Part shown: positions 1-13,269 of the stretch, piece by piece
How positions within the stretch are numbered: the first letter of the stretch is position 1
Layout: each line of letters starts with the position of its first letter
Assembly: GCA_964016885.1 (NCBI GenBank)
Contig: OZ024741.1
Span: 335,978,001-336,042,000 of the forward strand
From: Eledone cirrhosa
Lineage: Eukaryota
DNA: 64,000 nt
Reading direction: 5' to 3'
The notes under the pieces: generated by a model
Databases searched by the model: none
Seen by the model: only the letters and a program-made list of their open reading frames with translations
What the model was told of the DNA's origin: nothing
Program-made: the position numbers and the translations under genes

Positions 1-1
1 A

Positions 2-387
2 ATGGATCGTATGCAATGTTTTGAGTGACACGGGTGCTTCAAAATTGGAAGAACATCCCTGGAAGATGACAAGTGATCTGGAAGACCTGCCACGAGTGTC
101 ACCCACAGAAATGAGGAGAAAATTAATCAGCTTGTGTATGAGGATCGTCGGAGGACAATCAATGATATTGCTGATGTTGTTGGTCTGTTGTAGAGGTCTG
201 TGCAGGCAATTTTAACTTCTGAATAGAACATGCAGTGTGTAACTGCCTAGTTTGTCCTCCATCTGCTGACCACTGAGCAGAAAGAACATCATGTCGAAGT
301 CTGTTAAAATCTGTGTCAGCGAGTTGCTGATAACTCAGCCTTCATGTCGAGGATCATCTTCGGTGATGAGAGTTAGGTCTACGGTAT
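2..387 (+). pseudogene. Decayed mariner (Tc1/mariner) transposase fragment
   Basis: Frame 2 reads CFE*HGCFKIGRTSLEDDK*SGRPATS...EDRRRTINDIADVVG...FVLHLLTTEQKEHHVEVC...FMSRIIFGDES*VYG. This matches the mariner HTH region, the WVPHEL-like motif and the first catalytic D (TGDESW), with several stops. Confidence 0.85.
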
Positions 388-859
388 AACCTACATGACC
401 ACGTTACTGTGTGGACTGGGGACTTGGGGCTGGGAATAGGGAGGTAGATCCAGGTGCATGTATGAAGTGGGGGTTCAGGCATGGCTGGAGTGTTAGGACA
501 TGGAAAATGCATGAAGGGATGGGATGTGGACGGTTGAAGGTTGTTAGGGTGTGGAGGTGTATGGAGGGATGAGGAGAAAAGTAGTATGAACAAGTTGTCT
601 TTGCCAGGCTGACTTTAAGATCTTAAGATTCTGGGCCTTGCTTCCAGGTCTGGAATTTCTTCTCTAGTTATATATATATGATATTGGAAATATCCACATA
701 CACTGAACATGGTAAATAGAATATAACAGTGATACTCAAAATTGGCAACACATATCAATACTTGTTAGTCATTCTCTTAACGCCAGATTTTGTCCAGTTT
801 ATCCAATATACACAATATATATATATATAGAGAGAGAGAGGAACTGTTGTAATTCCTGA

Positions 860-3297
860 AAGCTAACCTGCTGAAGGCAACAGATGAAATCTGTGGCTGG
901 AGCAGACCTATAGGGAGGAGGAGAGTAACTTGGTGGTGGAACAGTAAGGTGGAGGAGTCAATCAAGGCCAAAAAGCAGACTTGGAAAGAGAGAAGTAGAG
1001 AAGACTATCAAGTGCCCAGGAGGGAAGCTAGAAGACAAGTGTACTTCGCAAGAAGGGAAGGAGAGGAAAGAAAGTTCAAGCATGTGCGACAACGTGAGGA
1101 CCAAAAATGTGAGGTGTTCAGGATTGCTAGGCAATGTGTCACAGAAAACCGTGATATTGTCGGGGAGAAGTGTGTCCGTAATGATGATGATGTACTTGCC
1201 ATCACTGACGCTGATAAGAAGGTAGCTTGGAAGTGTCGCTATGAGAGGCTACTAAATGAGGAGAATAAGTGGGAAAAAGATAGTCTGTCCCAAATCAATC
1301 CAATAGAGGGACCAGCAGTGCAGGTTGAAGGTAGTATAATAAGTAAGGCGATCAAAGATATGAAGGCAGGCAAGGCGGCTGGGCCTTCGGAGATAGTTGC
1401 TGAAATGCTGAAAGCATCTGAGAGCATATGGTCACAGGATAGTAAACCAAGTCATATAGAATAGGGTCATACCAAAGAACTGGCGTAGCAGCATCATCAT
1501 TAACTGCTACAAGGGTAAAAGAGATGCCCTAGATAGGGGAAACTATAGAGGCATTAAATTAATTGACCAGGTCATAGAGGTCACATAAAAAGTTATTGCG
1601 CAACTAATCAGAGAGCGAATTGATCTAGATGAAATGCAGTTTGGATTTGTGTCAGGTAGAAGTACCACAGACGCTCTTTTCATTGTACGACAACTACAGG
1701 AGAAGTACCTAGCTAAAAGTAAACCCCTATACTTAGCTTTTGTTGACTTGGAAAAAGCCTTTGACAGAGTCCCCCGCTCCATTATCTGGTGGGCTCTCAG
1801 AAAACTAGGTGTTGATGAATGGCTTGTGAGAGCTATACAAGCCATGTATAACGAAACAGTCAGCAAGGTTAGAATTAACAACGAATATAGTGAAGAGTTT
1901 AGCATAAAAGTTGGTGCTCATCAGGGATCTGTCCTTAGCCCCCTCCTATTTATTATTGCCATTCAGGCTATAACAGAGGAGTTCAAGACCGGCTGCCCAT
2001 GGGAACTTCTCTATGCAGATGATCTAACGCTCATAGCTGAATCTATGGCTGAACTAGAGAAGAAATTCCAAACATGGAAGCATGTCCTAGAATCAAAAGG
2101 CCTTAAAATTAACTTGTCTAAGACTAAAGTTCTAGTATGTAGGAAGGAAAATAGAGCACTGGTCCCCTCTGGGAAATGGCCATGCTCAGTGTGTAGGAAA
2201 GGAGTAGGCAAAAACTCCATTTTATGTCCCAAATGCAAAGTATGGGTGCATAAAAGATGTAGTGGGATCACAGGTAAGCTAACTAAGAGCATAGATTTTA
2301 TATGTAGCAAGTGCCCACAGGATACTAGCTCCTTCCATTTCCCAGATGGTTCTATAGAAATAGTGGACACCTTCCGTTACCTGGGTGACAAAATCAGCAG
2401 TGGTGGAGGGTGCTCTGAAAGTACAGTAGCTAGAGTCAGAACAGGATGGAAAAAGTTCAGAGAGCTTATACCACTATTGGCCACTAAAGGTTTCTCTCTA
2501 AAAATGAAAGGCAGACTGTATGATGCCTGCATACTAACAGCAATGTTACATGGCAGTGAGACATGGGCATTGTGTGCAGAGGATCTATGCAGACTGGAGA
2601 GGAACGAAGCTTGCATGCTCCGTTGGATGTGTAATAGTAATATACGTGAACGACAAAGCATAAATGAACTAAGTGAGAAATTAGGAATAAGAAGGATCAG
2701 ATGCTGTTTACTCGAGAGAAGACTACGTTGGTATGGTCACGTGATGCGCATGAAAGACGACAGCCGTTTAAAAAAGTGCAGGCGATCAAAATAGATGGTA
2801 GCTATGGAGTAGGCAGACCCAGAAACACCTGGGACGATTTGATAAATTCCAACCTTACACACTTACACCTCTCCAAGACAATGTCACTGGATTGAGATCT
2901 TTGGCACTATGCAGTAATACAGAAGTCTTGCCTTGCCTAAGTACAAAGCAAAACCTACAGTCAGTAGGCACCTCTTAACCAAAAATACACCCCCATCCCA
3001 CTATCCCTACTCCCACCCCCATCTACACCACTCCTTTCAATGTAAAGTTATGTTGGTACCACAACATCCAGTCCTAAATAAATGAGGTCGTGTAGGTGTC
3101 ACGACAAAAAAAACACACAGTCCCCCCTCCCAGTCCACACTGTAAACGTGGTTGGTGTTAGGAAGGGCATCCAGCCATAGAAAGTCTGCCAAACAGTCCT
3201 ATACGAGCAAGACAACCAATCTTGCCTCAAGTGGGACAATTCCCGTCTAAACCCATGCTAGCGTGGAAGATAGACGTTAAACGATGATGATGATGAT
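860..3297 (+). mobile_element. RTE-clade LINE, 5'-truncated and frameshifted (family A)
   Basis: ORFs 949-1464 (KAAGPSEIVAEMLK) and 1634-2794 (QFGF, AFVDLEKAFDRV, HQGSVLSP, LYADD, LRWYGHVMRM), then GRPRNTW, a 3' UTR and a (GAT)n tail near 3283-3297. Confidence 0.95.
1634..2794 (+). CDS. LINE reverse transcriptase fragment with embedded PHD-type zinc finger
   Basis: 386-aa ORF with RT motifs and a C4HC3 pattern (CSVC...CPKC...H..C...CSKC). Confidence 0.9.
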   Translation: MQFGFVSGRSTTDALFIVRQLQEKYLAKSKPLYLAFVDLEKAFDRVPRSIIWWALRKLGVDEWLVRAIQAMYNETVSKVRINNEYSEEFSIKVGAHQGSVLSPLLFIIAIQAITEEFKTGCPWELLYADDLTLIAESMAELEKKFQTWKHVLESKGLKINLSKTKVLVCRKENRALVPSGKWPCSVCRKGVGKNSILCPKCKVWVHKRCSGITGKLTKSIDFICSKCPQDTSSFHFPDGSIEIVDTFRYLGDKISSGGGCSESTVARVRTGWKKFRELIPLLATKGFSLKMKGRLYDACILTAMLHGSETWALCAEDLCRLERNEACMLRWMCNSNIRERQSINELSEKLGIRRIRCCLLERRLRWYGHVMRMKDDSRLKKCRRSK

Positions 3298-3337
3298 ATA
3301 TACGTATATGCATACATACACACACACATGCATAAAT

Positions 3338-3374
<37 letters not shown>

Positions 3375-4060
3375 AACACACACGCTTCTCATTGCTAGCA
3401 CACAAAACCATAGAACTGGGTGTAAGATAGCAAAAGAAATAAATAACAGTTTTTTTTTTAGCTGCACATGTGGTTCAATTTTATATTTCTCCAATACAGA
3501 AGCTAATCTCTAAAAACAATCTAGGTTCCTTGTTGTTATTTAGACAAGCAACGATAACTTTTATTCAGACCCTGATGCTGCTTAACATTAAAGGGCCACC
3601 ATACATAAGAATTCTCTAGATGAATTTTTTAAAAAAATATCAGAACCAATTCTAATGGGTATTAGATCGACATGCTTCTTGAGAGATGTGAGATGTTATC
3701 ATAGATGCTGATGTAGAAAATATATGACCGATCAAGAAATGTAGATTTAAAAAAAAATTGATGCTAATGATAACATACATGTAACAGGCTGGTATGATAT
3801 GGTATGATACATACCATCATGCTGTGGCCTGTTCCTGGAGATTCTGTTGATAACATTGTAGTTATTTTGTTGTTTATTTGTGTTGACACTTTGGAATGTT
3901 TGCCATGATTTAAAGTCATCTCTGCAGTAAATTATAGAATATAACTGAATCAGTGTTATATATATATATATATATAACACTGTATATGTAAATATTGTTT
4001 AGCAATTGCATCAACATGGCAACAATTAGCCAGCTAGAGTTCTCCCTGTATATGGGAGAC

Positions 4061-4103
<43 letters not shown>

Positions 4104-4107
4104 CATA

Positions 4108-4143
<36 letters not shown>

Positions 4144-5053
4144 ACAGTAACATGTAGATAGATAGATTTTTGTTTGTGTGTGTATGTGTGTGTGTGCCAC
4201 ATATTGCCACATATCAATGCTCATACATACGTACCTAGAGGCTATATTATGGTTTTGATAATAAATATATTTTGTCATTGTCTTTATTCAATTATATGGC
4301 ACTTTATTTCTTCTTGCTTGTCTCTCTCTCTCTAACAAAGGACATGTCTATCTATTGGTTTATTAAACCAAACCAGCCAGCCAGCCATCCTTCTAACTAT
4401 ATATATATATGTGTTTGTGTGTGAGTATTCTTATAAATGCATATATATATGTAAAAAGTTCATAGGCTGACCAAGATACTCTCATGGAATGACCAAATTA
4501 GGTTTATTTCCTAGAAAGAAACAATACAGTTATTATGAGTTGAAATTAATGCATGCAAAATTTCACAGCACTAGTATCATTACTTCATTGTCAGCCTACC
4601 CTCATATATGTATCAATGGAGAAATCCCAAAAGTAAGTACATGACTAACTGAACATCGTAAAAGTTTTGTTGCTTACTGCTTTCACACAAAAGATTTCAG
4701 TTTCAGATCTTTTGTTGTGGGTGATCTTCTCTATCAGAAAGCTCAGATACCAGAGTACCTTAGCAAGAGACACAAATGATGAGGAAGACCTACAAACCTT
4801 GATGAGGAACAAAGATTTTTGGTGTGAAATTGTGCTTTCTTTCTCATCTAAGAGTGATGGATAAGATAAGATATATCAATGAAGAATACCACCTCATATA
4901 TTTGTACGCTATTCTGTTTTTTTTTTATTTCTCAACATTCTCTCCAATTGAGAATAACCCAGCCTTCGACACAGAAATAAGACGTTTTCATTGGAATTTA
5001 TACAGTGTCAACTAGTACTCGTGTATAAGCATTAATGTATATTAATGTATAGA

Positions 5054-5241
5054 GTGGTGGATTGGCAGTACCGGTAGAGGGTCGGACGCCATGCTTTGAT
5101 GCATAGAGTTACGGCCCTTGCCATTCTGAGTTCAAATCCCGCCGAGGTTAACTTTGCCTTTCATCCTTACGGGGTCGATAAAATAAAGTACCAGTAATGA
5201 ACTGGGTAATTGCTGGCCTTGTGCCAAAAGTAGAAACAATT
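5054..5241 (+). mobile_element. tRNA-derived SINE with Nin/Deu-like central domain
   Basis: A-box TGGCAGTACCGG, B-box GTTCAAATCC, core GCCTTTCATCCTTACGGGGTCGATAAAATAAAGTACCAGT; ATTAATGTAT on both flanks is a candidate TSD. More than 10 related copies lie in the window. Confidence 0.85.
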
Positions 5242-5359
5242 AATGTATATATTACTACTCCTTAAATGGCGTCAAATTGGCAGATTTGTTAGAATGTTGT
5301 ATAAAATGTTTTGTGATATTCAATTAGGCTTTCTGAGCTCAAATCCTGCCATTTTGAAA

Positions 5360-5640
5360 AGTATTTCCAAGGGCTGAAACACTTGCTTGAATGAGGGGTT
5401 CTTTTCTGAAGACCTTCAGCTGCCCAGCTCGCCTGAGAGTTTCTTACCACTATAAAAGTTATGTGAGTTAACCTTTTCCCCAGAGAAAGCCTTCCCTCTG
5501 ATTGCTGTCTTTACTTCCTGTGAGGTGATTTCATTCCATTCCTGGGTGCAGGGAGGGATTTCCAAATGTTCCAGCCATGGGAGCATTCATTGGAGTTGAA
5601 ATGAGATGATTTTCTCATTTCAACATTCTTCTTGCCTACT
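5360..5640 (-). pseudogene. Degenerate non-LTR retrotransposon fragment (pre-RT region, possibly R4/Dong-like)
   Basis: Minus strand reads ...QEWNEITSQEVKTAIRGK..., resembling the EIT..EV..AI motif that precedes LINE RT domains. Confidence 0.4.
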
Positions 5641-5689
5641 CTCTGTCAAGAATGACCACGTGCTTTGCACCTAGAAAGTTCCACTATGA

Positions 5690-5935
5690 GGCACAAAATC
5701 TGGGCAAGGTTGTTTGTGGAAGACCAGCAGTCACCCATGCATATCAGTCTCCCCTCTCCATTCCACCAATGTTGTCCAAGGGAAGAGCAATGGCTGATAC
5801 AGCTTGGCAACAGTGACGTTGCAACTCATATCTACAGCTGAATGAACTGGAGCAGCATGAAATAAAGTGTCTGGCCCAAGGATACAACACATTGCCTGGT
5901 CTTGGAATCAAACTCACAACCTGACAATTGTAAGC
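5690..5935 (-). mobile_element. Second tRNA-derived SINE family (CORE/V-like TCCTTGGGCAAGACACTT block)
   Basis: Shares the tRNA-like head and GTGTATCCTTGGGCCAGACACTTTATTTC block with the + strand copy at 60296-60420. Confidence 0.6.
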
Positions 5936-5950
5936 CCAACACGTACACAT

Positions 5951-5983
<33 letters not shown>

Positions 5984-5986
5984 GTT

Positions 5987-6186
5987 NNNNNNNNNNNNNN
6001 NNNNNNNNNNNNNNNNNNNNNNNNNNNNNNNNNNNNNNNNNNNNNNNNNNNNNNNNNNNNNNNNNNNNNNNNNNNNNNNNNNNNNNNNNNNNNNNNNNNN
6101 NNNNNNNNNNNNNNNNNNNNNNNNNNNNNNNNNNNNNNNNNNNNNNNNNNNNNNNNNNNNNNNNNNNNNNNNNNNNNNNNNNNNNN
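5987..6186. other. Assembly gap (200 N)
   Basis: Run of N characters. Confidence 1.
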
Positions 6187-6539
6187 CATTAACTGTTTTG
6201 TTACCATATTTCTAATAAAAGACTCTACTCTTTGAAAATAATGAAGAATTTTTAGGTATTTAGTAATATAACCAAATTTCTCATTATCAAGCTAGTTTTT
6301 AGAACATAACTTGAAGGATCTTATATAAAATTATGATGGCAGGTTTTTAGATAAATATAAACACTTTAACACTTTCATTATCATATTTCTAATATAAGAC
6401 ACTACGTATCATTTTCAAATCATTTTGAAAATAATGAAGAATTTGGAGGGATTTAATAATATAAATAAATTTCTCATTATTTAGCTGATGTTTGGAACAT
6501 AACTTAACAAATTTATTTCTGTTAAACATTTGTTGCCAT

Positions 6540-7128
6540 AAATGAATTGAGAGAGAGACTGAGCATAAGAGGAATCAAATGCTGTGTGCAGGAGAGGCGG
6601 TTGCGTTGGTATGTACATGTGATGACAGCTGCATAAAAAGGTGCAGAGCACTAGAAGTCGATGGAAACCATGGAGTGGGGACACCTAAGAAGACCTGGGA
6701 TGCGGCGATAAAAGCCGACCTTACCCAATTACACCTCTCAAAGGCGATGACACACGACCGTGACCTCTGGCATCATGCAGTAATACGGAAGACCCGACCC
6801 CCATGGGTACAAGCCGAAGCTGAAGCATATAGACAATATGCCCCCACACCCTCTCATTGCAAAGTGGTTGTGGAGGTGCCACGGCAAAAAAGCACCCAGC
6901 CCACACTGTAAAGTGGACGTGTAGGTGCCACGGAATAAAGCACCCAGCACTCACTGTAAATGAGGTTGGTGTTAGGAAGGGCATCCAGCTGTAGATATCA
7001 AGCCAGAATCAGTTCCTGTATGAGAAAGGCATGGTCAGCCGACCAGACACTGCCCACAACAGGGCAACCCGTCTAACCCATGCTAGCGTGGAAGAATGGA
7101 TGTAAAATGGTGATGATGATGATGATGA
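6540..7128 (+). mobile_element. RTE LINE 3' end (family B, 5'-truncated)
   Basis: Closely similar to 9938-10533 (DDSCIKRCRALEVDGN..KTWD) with a (GAT)n tail. Confidence 0.9.
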
Positions 7129-7890
7129 TTTCTCATAAAAGACGCTCGCTATGATTGCCAAACTATTATGAAAATATTGAAGAATTTGAAGAGTTTTAGT
7201 AATATAACTAATTTTCTCATTATCAAGCTAGAATTTAGAACATAATATAGGTAATTAGATAAAATTTTGTTGGAAGATTTTTTAGATATCGCTAGGTGTA
7301 TCACAGATTTTAGAATATGTACACTATATTCCTGCATGACTTACATGATGACTAAAAGTCTCAGCAGCAGGAAGGATATCTAGCTATAAATGTTTGTCTT
7401 GAAACACTCCATCTAACTAATGCCAGCATGGAAAAGTGTATGAGTAAACAATGATGATGATGATGATAATCACTTTAGCACGAACTAGCAATGGGGGGGG
7501 GGGGGGTCAGGAAGGTTTGGTATGAAAAGGGTTAACTTGTCTCCACTATAACTGATGTGTTTTAGCTGCAAGATCTTCTTTCAATACATTTAATCAGTTT
7601 CTTACACATTCCTGACAGAATAATTTTTTTGGGGTTCACAATGGAAATCCCTGCATATTTACATAGGTATTCACACTGACCATTGCTGACACATTCCATC
7701 CTCTCCACCACCTCTGACACATTCCATCCATCACACCACTTCCAACACATTTACCATTGTTAGCAAAAGGATATTGATTTGTGTCCTTTCTATCATTCTT
7801 ATACACATCTCCCAAAGCTTGATGTTGTCATTTCAAGCATCAGTGTTACCTATAGCTGCCATGTTGTACAATACTGAGTCAATTACAGAT

Positions 7891-7923
<33 letters not shown>

Positions 7924-8439
7924 GAGAGAGAGTGAGAGAGATAGTGAGAGAGAGAAGCTGTGGATGGTCAATTACAGACACACACACACACAGGAGCTGT
8001 GGACAGTAAATTACACACACACATGCAGAGAGGCTGTGGATGGATTATTTTAATAAAAACAAGAATAATAGTGACTGTATAAGAAAGGAAGCACTTCAGG
8101 TTTATAATTATAGTAGGTTGGTGGAGATGCTCACAGTTTTACATGAATTCAGCATCATCTGAGACTCATCAATAGAAATGTTCTCTGTTGAGGATACAAT
8201 CATTACCAAGGAAAGGGGGAAGCCTAGGCCTGGACATTTGATAGGCTATGAAGAGCAGGAAAATACATCTGAATTACACACTGACACATGGACAATACAG
8301 ATATTCACACACACACACACCCTCACACACACACTTCACACACACACACTTCACACACACACACACACACTAACTTTCTCAAATACTCACACACACTCAA
8401 CCACACATGAAGGCATAAAGATTTATCATAAAGTGGTCG

Positions 8440-8628
8440 TGGTTGTGTCATGACAAAAGGCACCCAGCACACACTGTAAATGTGGTTGGCATTAGGAAGG
8501 GTATCCAGCTGTTGAAACCTAGTCAGAAACAGTCATATATGAGCAACTGACCTTACATGTCTCTAATGGGACAACCCATCTAATAGATGCTAACATGGAA
8601 GAGGGGCGTTAAATGATGATGATAATGA
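8440..8628 (+). mobile_element. RTE LINE 3' UTR fragment
   Basis: ACACTGTAAATGTGGTTGGCATTAGGAAGGGTATCCAGC block followed by a (GAT)n tail. Confidence 0.7.
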
Positions 8629-8902
8629 TTTAAAGACACATTCTGTGTGAAAAATAACAATTTAGGGTCGTCATACACACTGCAATGAGGAAGTTAAAAT
8701 GACTTAATAATACTTATGTTGTGCTAGGAGTTGTGACTGGTAGATAATATCAGCAATGGATAGACCAATGGGCACAATGTTTCCTTGGTTCGATCTGAGG
8801 AGTTCCACTTCACTTGGTAAGTGAAAGGGATCTGGGATCTTGTCGATTCGTATCAATTATACAATAATCAATATGTGGTGCTGAGAAGAAGATATTAGTC
8901 AA

Positions 8903-10533
8903 ATGACAGGGAAAGGCACCACTGATGCGCTCTTCCTTGTGAGGCAATTACAGGAAAAGTACCTAGCTAAAAGTAAGCCACTCTACTTGGCATTTGTCGA
9001 CCTTGAGAAAGCCTTTGACAGAGTTCCACGTGCAGTAATCTGGTGGGCTCTTAGAAAACTAGGAGTAGATGAATGGCTTGTGAAAGCGGTACAAGCCATG
9101 TATAGGGGAGCAGTCAGCAAAGTTAGGATTGGCAATGAGTATAGCGAGGAATTTAGCGTACAGGTTGGGGTCCACCAGGGCTCTGTTCTTAGCCCTCTCC
9201 TGTTCATCATAGTCCTGCAGGCAATAACGGAGGAGTTTAAGACCGGATGCCCATGGGAACTCCTGTATGCTGATGACCTCGCACTCATAGCTGAATCTAT
9301 GGTAGAACTAGAGAATAAATTCCAAACCTGGAAGCAGGGACTAGAGAGAAAGGGCCTCAAAGTCAACATGACAAAGACTAAGGTCCTTATAAGTAGACGA
9401 GAAAACAGAACCCAGATCCCCTCAGGGAAATGGCCTTGCTCAGTATGTAGGAAAGGTGTAGGTAGGAACTCCATTCTTTGCCCCAAATGCAAACAATGGG
9501 TACACAAGAGATGTAGCGGGATCTCAGGAAGCTTAATTAAGAATGTAGGATTCACATGCAGCAGCTGTGCTGAAACAGCAAGCAAACAGCCACAGGTAAC
9601 AAGTACCACCAATCTCTGGGAGGGCCCTGTAGAAACAGTAGACAGCTTCTGCTACCTAGGTGACCGAATTAGCAACGGAGGTGGGTGCTCAGAAAGTACA
9701 ATAACTAGGGTAAGAACGGGATGGAAGAAGTTTAGGGAACTACTACCACTGCTAGCTGCAAAAGGCTTCTCCCTCAGAATGAAAGGCAGACTGTATGATG
9801 CGTGTATCCGAACAGCGATGTTGCATGGTAGTGAGACCTGGGCGCTGAAGGTGGAAGACCTACGTAGATTAGAGAGAAACGAAGCCTGCATGCTCCGATG
9901 GATGTGTAACAGTAATATACGTGAACGACAAAGCATAAATGAATTGAGAGAGAGACTGAGCATAAGAGGAATCAAATGCTGCGTGCAGGAGAGGCGGTTA
10001 CGCTGGTATGGACATGTGATGCGTATGAAGGATGACAGCTGCATAAAAAGGTGCAGAGCACTAGAAGTTGATGGAAACCGCGGAGTGGGGAGACCCAAGA
10101 TGACTTGGGATGAGGTGATAAAAGCCGACCTTACCCAACTACACCTCTCAAAGTCAATGACACACGACCGTGACTTCTGGCGTCACGCAGTAATACAGGG
10201 TACCCGACCTCCCATGGGTACATGCTGAAGCATATAAACAATATGCCCCCCCCCCCCCCCACCGCAAGGTGGTCGTGGAGGTGCCACGGCAAAAAAGCAC
10301 CCAGCCCACACTGTAAAGTGGACGTGTAGGCGCCACGAAAAAGCACCCAGCACTCACTGTAAATGAGGTTGGTGTTAGGAAGGGCATCCAGCTGTAGAAA
10401 TCAAGCCAGATCAGTTCCTGTATGAGCAAGGCATGGTCAGCCGACCAGACACTGCCCACAACAGGACAACCCGTCTAACCCATGCTAGCGTGGAAGAACG
10501 GACGTAAAACGGTGATGATGATGATGATGATGA
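8903..10533 (+). mobile_element. RTE LINE (family B), 5'-truncated, with uninterrupted 441-aa RT/PHD/C-terminal ORF (8903-10228)
   Basis: TTDALF, AFVDLEKAFDRV, HQGSVLSP, LYADD, PHD cysteines, LRWYGHVMRM, GRPKMTW; 3' UTR and (GAT)n tail. Confidence 0.95.
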
Positions 10534-11544
10534 CTGTATGCATGCATGGTCCCATGATTCTTGGGGGATTCATATCGGTGCTGTGTTGACATAGGGTGAT
10601 TCTAGGGCATTTTTGAACTTGGTACAGCACACCCTTCTCCAGCAGATTTCTTCTAGACAAAGTTACTGAGTGAGATAATGGAAGTGAGAAAGAAATACAG
10701 AGGAAGGATCAAACCCAGTACTGGATTGGTACTTTTTTTATCCACTTTGAATGGATGAAGGTCAAAGTTGACCTCGGTGTGATTTGAGAGAGAGCAGAAA
10801 GCCGAAACAAATACTGCAATGTATTCTATCCAATGTTCTAACAACTCTGCCAATTTGCTGCTATCAGTGAAATGACTAGTTTCAATTTAATATGATTTCA
10901 GTTAAGTATGGGAGATAACTCTATATATGTTTCAGTCGTAGCAAATGGAGGAATATGTTTATGATGTGTCATATTTTGCTACAAAGAGGAATAACAATTA
11001 TTTATTATATGAGGAATAAGGAAAAACAACAACAAAAACAACAAAATTTGTTGCTCAATGATTAGTAGTATTTTAATCTGATTTTAACAAGTATGGGAAA
11101 CTCCAGACATGTTTCAGTCATATTAACCTCTTCAGCAAAACACGGATTTCTCCATTAGTACTAAGAGAATCACTATACCGATGATATACAATAATGTACG
11201 TAAGTAAAAAAAAAAAATTGCTAGATAATAATGCTCTCTTTATTAACCACAAGGGTTTACATAAAATATACATTAAGGACAGTACAGGACAGTACAAATG
11301 GGCATTTCTGCATGTAAAAAAACAAAAACAGAGGATGTAACAAAAAAAATAAACAATGAAAAATTCCCCAATAGGGGGGGAGACTTCCGAGGGACATTTG
11401 TGGAGAAAGCTCATTAAAAGGCCACAGTGACCCTGACCACCAGGGCAAGTGCCCTCTCCCAGTTTTCCACCTTTAATTTACAGACACATACTCAGAGTAA
11501 GCCCATAATAATAATAATAATAACAACAGTAATAATAATAACAA

Positions 11545-12295
11545 CTGTTTCTACATTTGGCACAAGCCCAGCAATTATCCAGTACATTACTGGTACTTTA
11601 TTTTATCGACCCCTGTAAGGATGAAAGGCAAAGTTAACCTCGGCGGGATTTGAACTCAGTCTGTAAAGGGACGTAACTATGCTGGAAAGCATGGCGTCTG
11701 ACTCTCTACCGATACTGCCAATCCACCGCCCATAATAATAATAATGATTTCTTTATTGGCCACAAGGGCTGACATCAAGAAAAACATTACAGACGGCACA
11801 GGACGGTACGATGTGGGTTTTGTGCGTGTAAATATTTTTATTATTTATATAAGAAAAGACAAAAAAGGACATAGAAACATATATAGGCCCATAATAATTG
11901 TTTCTACTTTTGGCACAAGGCCAGCAATTACCCAGTGCATTACTGGTACTTTATTTTATCGACCCCCGTAAGGATGAAAGACAAAGTTAACCTCGGCGGG
12001 ATTTGAACTCAGACCATAAAGGGCCGTAACTCTTTGTTGTAAAGCATGGCGTCAGACCCTCTACTGATACTGCCAATCCACCGCCCTATATATGCCCATA
12101 ATAATTATAATTGTTTCTACTTTAGGCACAAGGCCAGCAAATACCCAGTGCATTACTGGTACTTTATTTTATCGACCCCGTAAGGATGAAAGGCAAAGTT
12201 AACCTCGGCGGGATTTGAACTTAGAATGCAAAGGGCCATAACTCTATGCTGCAAAGCATGGTGTCCTACCCTCTACCGATACTGCCAATCCACCT
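11545..12295 (-). mobile_element. Cluster of three Nin-type SINE copies (about 11545-11730, 11897-12087, 12110-12295)
   Basis: Each is the reverse complement of the 5054-5241 SINE. Confidence 0.85.
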
Positions 12296-12539
12296 TAATA
12301 ATAATAATGATATTAATAATAATGATAATAATAATAGGCCACTTAGTAAATGACTTCATATTTTGGACACAAGCTGTGGTCAGCAGCTGGTCATCTTTCT
12401 TTTCTATACTCATATGTTGGCAAATAGTTTTTTCACCTGAAAATGAGCTAATATAGTAATTGTACTCTGCACACCCTCTCTTGTAACTATAGCAACAGCA
12501 CAAATAGCTGAGTATAGAGCATCTGTTATTGAGAGGGGG

Positions 12540-12965
12540 TTTTAGTGGTGGTGGTGATAGTGATGGTATTGGTGGTGGTGATGGTGATAGTAATAGTGGT
12601 GATGATGGTGGAAGTATTGGTGGTGGTTGTGATAATGGTGAGGGTATTAATAGTGATGATGATGGTAGTGGTGTTGGTGGTTATGATGATGAGGATGTTA
12701 GTGGTCCTGATGGTGATAATGGTGGGTATTGTTGATAGTTATGGTTTTGGTGGTGGTGATGGAGATGATGGTGGTGGTGATGGTAGTGATGGTAGTGGGG
12801 GCTTATTAGTGATATTTGTGATGGTGATTGAGTGAGTATTGGTGGTGGTGATGGTGATAGTAATGGTGGTGGTAGTGGTGCGGATTATTGGTGATATTTG
12901 TGATGGTGATTGAGCGGGTATTGGTGGTGGTGATGGTGACAGTGGTGGGAGTAGTGGTGGTGAGA
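12540..12965. repeat. Degenerate (GGT/GAT)n microsatellite
   Basis: Trinucleotide periodicity; produces the poly-V/M/G ORFs in the track. Confidence 0.9.
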
Positions 12966-13269
12966 GGGAGTTGGTTCTATTCCCCCACCCTACCATGCTA
13001 CTTTTAATGTCACTATATGCCAATATATTGCAACAAGAGGAGAGAGAGAACAAAAAATAACATAAAATCATCATCATCATCACCATCAAATATATAAAAT
13101 AAAATAAATAAATGGTAATGACTGTATGTGGATAATATTGGAAAAGTAAAGGAGACCTCCCATAGTGAACAATATTAAATGTGTACAGGACCAAATCTAA
13201 TAATATCCTCTATGTGTGTGTGTGGTTGTGTGGGTGTAAATATATGTTAGTATAATATAGAAAACTGTT

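Noticed and set aside
4667-4864. Short unique-looking segments with partial splice signals (also near 7620, 8730-8817, 17826, 25600, 39210, 40155 and 52700)
   Set aside because: Stops in plausible frames or weak splice sites, and no recognisable homology.
5867-6235. ORFs crossing the N run
   Set aside because: Artefacts of the assembly gap.
8983-10098. Long antisense ORFs over LINE RT regions (also 54227-54928)
   Set aside because: Antisense shadows of RT coding frames with no independent motifs.
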